A stretch of DNA of 64,000 nucleotides from Eledone cirrhosa (taxonomy: Eukaryota): assembly GCA_964016885.1 (NCBI GenBank), contig OZ024741.1, positions 194,246,001 to 194,310,000 of the forward strand, given 5' to 3'. This document shows positions 55,451 through 64,000 of the stretch, piece after piece. Every line of letters starts with the position of its first letter. The first letter of the stretch is position 1. Below the pieces are notes generated by a model. The model was not told the origin of the DNA and did not search any database. It was given only the letters and a program-made list of their open reading frames with translations. The position numbers and the translations under genes are program-made.

Positions 55451-55781
55451 TATAAAGAAAAAAAGATGAAATCGAAAATGCAACTGTTGTCTTATTTAAA
55501 AAAAAAATATATATATTTATTTGGTTCCTTTACCGGTTTCGCAGTTCTTCTGCTTTTCAAAAGGTGAGTTGAGATGGAGGGTCTGTGGTTTTTCTCACAT
55601 CTGAGAAGCATGATGACTGTGCCTTTCTTCAATTCAAGATGTGAGAAAAACCACAGACCCTCCATCTCAACTCTACTTTTGAAAAGCAGAAGAACTGCGA
55701 AACCGGTAAAGGAACCAAATAAATATATATATTTTAAAAAAAAATAAGACTCCAGTTGCATTTTCGATTTCATCTTTTTTT

Positions 55782-55788
<7 letters not shown>
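55451..55788. repeat. Fold-back inverted repeat (about 150 bp arms) with a Helitron-derived spacer
   Basis: Arms 55451-55602 and 55637-55788. The spacer matches 56291-56329. Confidence 0.88.
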
Positions 55789-55847
<59 letters not shown>

Positions 55848-56169
55848 GTGTGTGTGCATAAATAACTAAGGGAGGAACCACAGTTAAATAAAGTGTTCAA
55901 TATATTAATAGAGAAGGTAATAATATGTAGAAGTGAGGTCTACAGGACTAGAACTGTTTCACTTGTTTGAAACAGTTCTAGTCCTGTAGAAGTAATTTCT
56001 ATATGAAATATATAGGGTAAAAGGTAAAGATTCCCTTTGGTCACAAATGACCACGGGATTTACACCTAGTAAGTTCCACTCCAAGGCAAGGTTATTTGTA
56101 GAAAACTAGCAGACCAAAGAGGATATTTATGGAAAACCATATTTGTGGAAAACCACGCAGACCAAAGGG

Positions 56170-57120
56170 GATATCTATTGGTATTAGTGGCATTCTAGGT
56201 ATAAAAACAATGTCACCCTTACAACATCCAGTGAGGGTTTTGGCTTTGATAATTGTGCATTCCATTGCACAATCTTGGCTGATCCAGGTTTCTGGGAAGC
56301 ATGATGACTGTGCCTTTCTTCAATTCAAGGTTCTGTGGCAGCAAACTATAAGGTTCCAGATTGTTGATGGCATTCACTGTGATGTTTTGGGGGACAAATA
56401 TTGCTCTTTCACACTGACACTCCTCATTGGAATGGTGGATTTGGAAATTTGGAAATAGTTGATTAATTAAACTTTCCACAACAGTACAAAATGATGAAGG
56501 ATCAAAACATCCCTCAGTATCAAGGGATTGCTTTTCTATAAATTGAAAGGTCTGAGAGGTCCTAGTCTGTGACTCGGAATAACCCCTCCCTTCCCACTTC
56601 TGTTATTTACTCAGAAAAAATTTCCACGGCTGGGAAAACACGAGGTTTCCCCCTGCCTCCTCCTTTCTATGTTTGGAAAAGAAGGTGGTATATAATAAAG
56701 AAAAAAAAATAATAGAAAAATGTATTCTTTAGAAATTATAAAACATTTACAGAACTTCAGTATATACAATGTTTTCTTTGGAGCATATATCAAGAATTTG
56801 TGTGGTCTTCCTAGTCTGGAATAACCTACATGCAATTGACCACGTGAGAAACATCCCTGCAGGGTTTGACCTTGGGACTTGTTAATGGTCATTGAATAAC
56901 TGACTCTCACTGGGAATTGCAATCATATGTGTTGATATTAGCTGCACTCTAGGTATAAATATGATGTCTCCCTTACCAGTGTGAAATTTGGCTTCAATAA
57001 TGTGAAGCTGAAGTTCAGTCATAACCATATGTTTCCCAATGCACAATCTTGGCTGATCCAAGTTTCTGAGAAGCATGATGACTATGCCTTTCTCCAATTC
57101 AAGGTTCTGTGGCAGCATAC
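56170..57120 (-). mobile_element. Helitron PIF1-type helicase C-terminal relics (two overlapping copies)
   Basis: LPQNLELKKGTVIML.RNLDQPRLCNG, FIPRVQLI, QFPVRVSYSMTINKSQGQTL and CFSRGQLHVGYSR. Confidence 0.88.
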
Positions 57121-57124
57121 CGGA

Positions 57125-57420
57125 TTGTTTTGTCTATATTAATTAACAGACCTTTAGCTGTAGAGGCCAGTGTGTCAAGTTGTTTTTGACTGCTTTCAAG
57201 TTCATTCTCCAACAGACCAATATTGTCTATATATTGAAAGTCACCAATCAGGGGCCTTTAATAGTCGCCTCTATTTCAGCCACAGTGTTAATGATGAAAT
57301 CATGTTCAATGGGAAGAATTTCTCAACTTGCTATAACTGGTGGTGCATTTAAGAGATTAGAAAAATATATATTTCATTTGCAACTCTATTCTGTATCATG
57401 CGACGTTAGTGCTGCTGTTA
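57125..57420 (-). mobile_element. Degraded RTE-like RT fragment
   Basis: Reverse complement encodes DFQYIDNIGLLENELESSQKQLDTLASTAKGLLINIDKT (degenerate YADD..GL.IN..KT). Confidence 0.55.
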
Positions 57421-57604
57421 ATTAAATCTAACCTTTCAAGTTCGCACCATATATAATATATACACACACACACACACATTATATATATATATATATATAT
57501 ATTGTTATTTTAATATATATATATATAATCTGTTATTTTAATATATATATATATATTAAAATAACAGATTAAAATTTAAGCAAAGAATCGCTGCTTTCAC
57601 CCTT

Positions 57605-57815
57605 AATAATACAAGGACGATTTGTTAAGCCCTCATTACATTTATTGGTTGGTGACGCATGTTTCCCTATTAATCAGCTCAAGGTTTGATCTGTATCGAT
57701 CTGGCCCAACTCAAAAGGTTGTCGGACCTCTGTTGTAGTAATGTTGTAGCAATGAAATGTGCGTCACCAATCAATAAACGTAATGAGGGCTTAACAAATC
57801 GTCCTTGTATTATTA
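57605..57815. repeat. Fold-back inverted repeat with a hammerhead 3' half
   Basis: taataatacaaggacgatttgttaagccctcatta pairs with taatgagggcttaacaaatcgtccttgtattatta. Reverse-complement GAAAC-atgc-GTC at 57654-57665. Confidence 0.8.
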
Positions 57816-57916
57816 TATTACACTGTCTAGCTCTACATCTCGCCACTTATGTGAACCAAAACATCGAGTGCTCACCTGGGTGAACCTACAGTAACTTCAC
57901 ATTACACTCCTTGGGT

Positions 57917-57961
<45 letters not shown>

Positions 57962-58378
57962 AAAGAATTCACACACACGCACACACACACACAAACAAAC
58001 AATATAAAAGACTCACAGACAAGCACATGTACACACACACGCACACCACATAGACAGATAGAAGCAATAATGCAGGTCAGATTAGTTGAAAATATGAAAA
58101 ACCTTAATCATTATCAATTTTATTTAGTGTTATTAGAGGTCAACTTACAAACACATTTCCTTTTTCTAAGGTTATAGATAGATATGTACACACAAATAGA
58201 AAGAAAAAGAGGTGGAGAGATAGAAAGAGAGATAGGGAGCGAGATAGAGAGATAGATAAAGAGAGAGAGATAAAGAGATAGATAGAGAGAGAGAGAGAGC
58301 GTGAGAGAGAGAGAGAGATAAAGAGAGAGATAAAGAGAGTGAGTGAGTGAGTGAGTGAGTGAGTGAGTGAGTGAGTGA

Positions 58379-58441
<63 letters not shown>

Positions 58442-58599
58442 CAGGCTAGCCGACAACAAAAGAAAAAAGGTAGAAAAGTTTTAGTTAATTATTTTGAAGG
58501 TGTGTGACTATTACGATATATTGAAACACATATTACTACTATGATTACATATTAAGAGTTCATTCTTTTGTAATATGAAATTACATTTAGGTAATTAAA

Positions 58600-59851
58600 C
58601 TATAAGTGTTGGCTGACAAGTTCATAGGATGACCAAGAGATTCTCATGGAACATGCACATAAGAGGTTTATTTTTCAACATAGTCCCCCTTGCGGTACAC
58701 ACGCTTCAGCCATTGGTGTTGCAGTACTTGGATCCCATTGGTGAAAAAGCTTTCATCCTGTTGGTCAAAAAGGTCATCGACAGCAGATATGACGTCATCA
58801 TCACTGCGATACTGGTTCCTAGCCAAGTGTTTTTTCATGTTGGGGAACAGGATAGTCAGATGGGACCAAATCAGGAGAATAGGGAGGGGGATCCAACAGT
58901 TCAAAGCCACAGTCATGTACAGCAGCCATTGAAACCAAGGACTTGTGTGCTGGAGCATTGTTTTGATGGAATTAGACCCCTCTTGTCAATTTTTCTAGGT
59001 GTTTGGTCTTTATGGCCTTTCATAACTACCTCAGTAAGTTAACATAGTACTCTCTATTGATGGTATGGTATTTTTGAAGATAGTCAATAAACACAATGCC
59101 TTTTACATTCCCCCAAAATTGAGGTCATCACCTTCCCTGCAGATGAAACGACCTTGGCCTTCTTTGGAGCAGGTGAGGAGGGATGTTTCCACTGCATGGA
59201 TTGTTTCTCTGTCTCTAGCTCAAAGTGATGAACCCAACACTCATTCTGGGTTAGGAAAGGTTCAAGAAACCAGCTGGATCTGTCTCAAACAATGTCAGAT
59301 TTTCCCCTGATGTGATAAGCCTGGTGAACTTTTGATAAGGTGACTGAAGATGTGGCATCAACTGAGCAGAAACTGACATCATGCAAAGTTCATTGTGCAA
59401 AATATTCCCAACTCTCTTACGGGATATGCTAATAACATTGGCTATTTGATTTATAATCATTCGCCTGTCCTCCATCACCATGTGGTGAACATGATCAATG
59501 GTTTCTTTGATGGTGACAGTTGCAGGATATCCTGATCTTGGGTCATCTTCCAGACTGTTGATAAAGCTGGAGCATCATCCCTTAATGTAGCAACCATCTC
59601 AGCATAAATGTCCTTGGGGACTAAACCCTTTTTATGCAGGTACTTGATAGCACTACAATGCCAAATTTTGTCCATTTTCAAGAGAAGTCACTACTAGTTA
59701 CTTTTGAAGACTTCTTTGAACAATCAGATGTCAGTTTACCTGGAAGGAAACAATGCAGTTATTAATAAGAAGAGTTGAAATTAAAGCATGCAAGATTTCA
59801 CAGCTGTAGCATCACTCCTTCATAGTCAGCCTATCAACTTTCCAGTCATCA
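58600..59851 (-). mobile_element. Mariner (DD34D-like) transposon, decayed
   Basis: N-terminus MDKIWHCSAIKYLHKKGL..IYAEMVATL, then EDRRM..IANVISIS, and C-terminus LFPNMKKHL..DDDVISAV..FFTNGI..GDYVEK*. Imperfect TIRs (gctgacaagttcataggatgac and gtcagcctatcaactttccagtc). Confidence 0.88.
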
Positions 59852-60183
59852 TATATATATATATATATATATATATTTGTGAGTAATGATAATGAAATAT
59901 TCCACTATTAATTTTGGTAAGGTGTGAAAAGCTCAATGCACAATTGAGGTCTTCAGTAAGTAGGGATTCAAAATAACCAAAATAGTCTTCTGAAGGTTAA
60001 AGTTCTTGCTGTCAAAGGCAGTAAGGGCGGCAGAGCATAAATATTTAAATTAAAGAAAACCAAGGTTTTTAAATTAGATCCAACATTAATCTCTTCAATC
60101 GTTTCTATAAAGATGAGAAGCTTGTATCTACATATAATTACCACTCTCTGCCTTCTTTCATTGCTTGCTTATATTCATTATTT

Positions 60184-60728
60184 GCATAGTTACGTCCCTT
60201 TACGATCTGAGTTCAAATCCCGCCGAGGTTGACTTTACCTTTCATCCTTACGGGGTCGATAAAATAAAGTACCAGTAATGCACTGGGATAATTGCTGGCC
60301 TTGTGCCTAAAATAGAAACAATTATTTGCTATGGGCGGTGGATTGGCAGTATCAGTAGAGGGTTGGACACCATGCTTTGACGTAAAGAGTTACAGCCCTT
60401 TATGATCTGAGTTCAAATCCCACAGAGGTTAACTCTGCCTTTCATCCTTATGGGGTCGATAAAATAAAGTACCAGTAATGCACTGGGATAATTGGTGGCC
60501 TTGTGCCAAAAGTAGAAACAATTATTTGCTATGGGTGGTGGATTGGCAGTATCAGTAGAGAGTCAGACGCCATGTTTTCCAGCATAGAGTTATGTCCCTT
60601 TACAGACTGACTTCAAATCCCGCCAAGGTTAACTTTGCCTTTCATCCTTACGGGGTCGATAAAATAAAGTACCAGTAATGTACTGGTAATTGCTGGACTT
60701 GTGCCAAAAGTAGAAACAATTATTTGCT
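60184..60728 (+). mobile_element. Head-to-tail trimer of SINE family A (about 200 bp period)
   Basis: Units start at about 60184 (truncated), 60333 and 60533. Each ends gtagaaacaattatttgcta (or a close variant). Confidence 0.92.
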
Positions 60729-60763
60729 CATGTTCTTGATACATTTTGTGTTAAATCTTTCTG

Positions 60764-60892
60764 AATACTCCTGATGACCTGCAATTGTGTTTATATACTA
60801 TGTGAATAATTATTAATTAATTATAACTGATTGGTTCATTGAGCGCATTTAGATACAAGCTTCTCATCTGTATAGAAACAATTGTAGAGATT
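60764..60892 (+). ncRNA. Hammerhead motif with about 97 nt between the core halves, in fold-back repeat 60042-60936
   Basis: aatactc-CTGATGA-...-GAAAC-aatt-GTA-gagatt. Arms 60042-60130 and 60850-60936 are inverted. Confidence 0.6.
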
Positions 60893-60935
60893 AATGATGG
60901 ATTTAATTTAAAAACCTAGGTTTTCTTCAATTTAA

Positions 60936-61001
<66 letters not shown>

Positions 61002-61109
61002 TCGTGTGTGTGTGTAAAAGGTAAACAGAAATAACAAAAATAACAAAACAAACGGCACAGTACATGAAAGAAATATATCAGTTTAATGCTTGAAATAGTA
61101 GGAAGGGAG

Positions 61110-61145
61110 TCTTAACGTTTCGGACACTAGTCCTTCATCTGAAGA
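61110..61145 (-). ncRNA. Ultra-minimal hammerhead-like motif (CAGATGA variant)
   Basis: Reverse complement reads tctt-CAGATGA-aggac-tagt-gtcc-GAAAC-GTT-aaga. Confidence 0.6.
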
Positions 61146-61250
61146 TAGAGTTAGAAATAGAAGATAAATAGAAAGTAAAGAGTGATGAGAGAAAGGAATG
61201 GGGAAATTGAGAAAAAAATTGGAGAAAAAAAAACATGCGAGTACTCTCTC

Positions 61251-62769
<1,519 letters not shown>

Positions 62770-64000
62770 TATATTTGTTTGTTTGTCCTTTTGAACAATT
62801 TCACCACACTTTTACCACACACACACACACCAACCAAACTTAGACACACAGACACTTGCACCATTTCTACACACACGCCACTACACACCTTACATGAACC
62901 CACACCACCTACAGACATACCCCCATGCATACCACTCTCTTAACCTCACAAACACACACACACATGCACATCTACACATACACCCACACTTCACCCCACA
63001 CCGTCTCCAGGTTTGACATAATCTCACCCTATCCACACTCACACACATACACTCCACTCCAACACACACAATGGCTTTTCAAAACCCACATTCACATACA
63101 CTCGCTTCCTTCCAGACTCTCACACTTACATCTACACATACACACAGACACCTTATCTTCTGCCACCCCACTAAGACACTAATAACACTATGTACTATTG
63201 ACTCCTGTGTTTGTTTGTTTGTCCTTTTGAACTATACTAGCAGAAAAACCACCCTTCGAGTGGTTTTCTGCTAGCATGGGTAGTGTGTATATTGATATAA
63301 TACATGTAGATATGATACATCAAATAAAATCGTAATTGACAATATACACAGAAATTGAACGAAGACACTGTCTTATGTATGTAATCCATGATACATTAAA
63401 AAAGATGATATTATATATAAACTGCATTAGGAGAAAATTAGTGACAGAAAATTAATATGTTTATTTAAGCGATCGCCACCGGAAGTGTTAATATTTGAAA
63501 AGTTTAAAGAAGTAAATCTTTAAATAAATAGTAAAATATATTTAATGAACAGCCACGAAATTTAGTAGATAAATTATGTAATATTAATTCATTATTTATT
63601 CAAAGTAATCCAACTTATTTTACTAATGGGATAAAAAATTATAAACCGTACACAGTCCCGCGTTTATTACTTTATTATAGTTTATATATATATATAACGT
63701 TTGTTATAGCTCTGGTTCATCCGAATCATTGAGCACTTGCCACACATCTCGGAGGTTGTTTTTCGTTATTTCGTGGGCCGAAATGCGATTCTCGATAATT
63801 TATGTTTGTATTAATCTCCAGACTCTAGCTATTGACCAGTTAATTTTCTTCATTTTTTAGTTGATTCTATTGACTGATGAATGGCTTATGTTAATTTTAA
63901 CCCTTCTGTTGAGAACTCTATTCGATTTGTGATGTTTTTCCATTCTTGCAAAAATATACACAACTGAATTCATTCGCCTGATATAGGGGTTGCCTCCCTT

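Noticed and set aside
55941-55990. Perfect 22-bp hairpin containing GAAAC
   Set aside because: It is too short and lacks CUGANGA. It is probably another truncated fold-back end (related sequence at about 9042), so it is not reported separately.
60184-60728. Regularly spaced repeats resembling a CRISPR array
   Set aside because: They are 200 bp SINE units with no unique spacers, in a eukaryotic context with no cas genes.
63237-63273. Hairpin ctagcagaaaaaccac...gtggttttctgctag resembling an intrinsic terminator
   Set aside because: This is eukaryotic DNA with no U-tract. It is more likely a Helitron-type CTAG terminus.

Overview
This is AT-rich animal genomic DNA made almost entirely of repeats. 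The SINE/LINE families and the huge (TA)n/(TACA)n tracts suggest an octopod cephalopod (inference only). It contains four large copies of an RTE-clade LINE (one with a single stop codon over 2.2 kb), a decayed Tx1/L1-clade LINE, CRE-type fragments, Penelope-like element (PLE) RT and GIY-YIG relics, two DD37D (maT) transposons, a mariner, Helitron relics and two tRNA-derived SINE families. Only one convincing host coding exon is visible (minus strand, 55097-55306). The main signal the ORF track misses is a set of about 10 recognisable type I hammerhead-ribozyme motifs (stem I-CUGANGA-stem II-GAAAN-palindromic tetraloop-NUH-stem I), plus several half motifs. They belong to many unrelated short repeat families, mostly sit in (TA)n tracts and often form fold-back inverted repeats, and several have unusually long stem II inserts. 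All calls come from reading the sequence by eye, so repeat boundaries are approximate.
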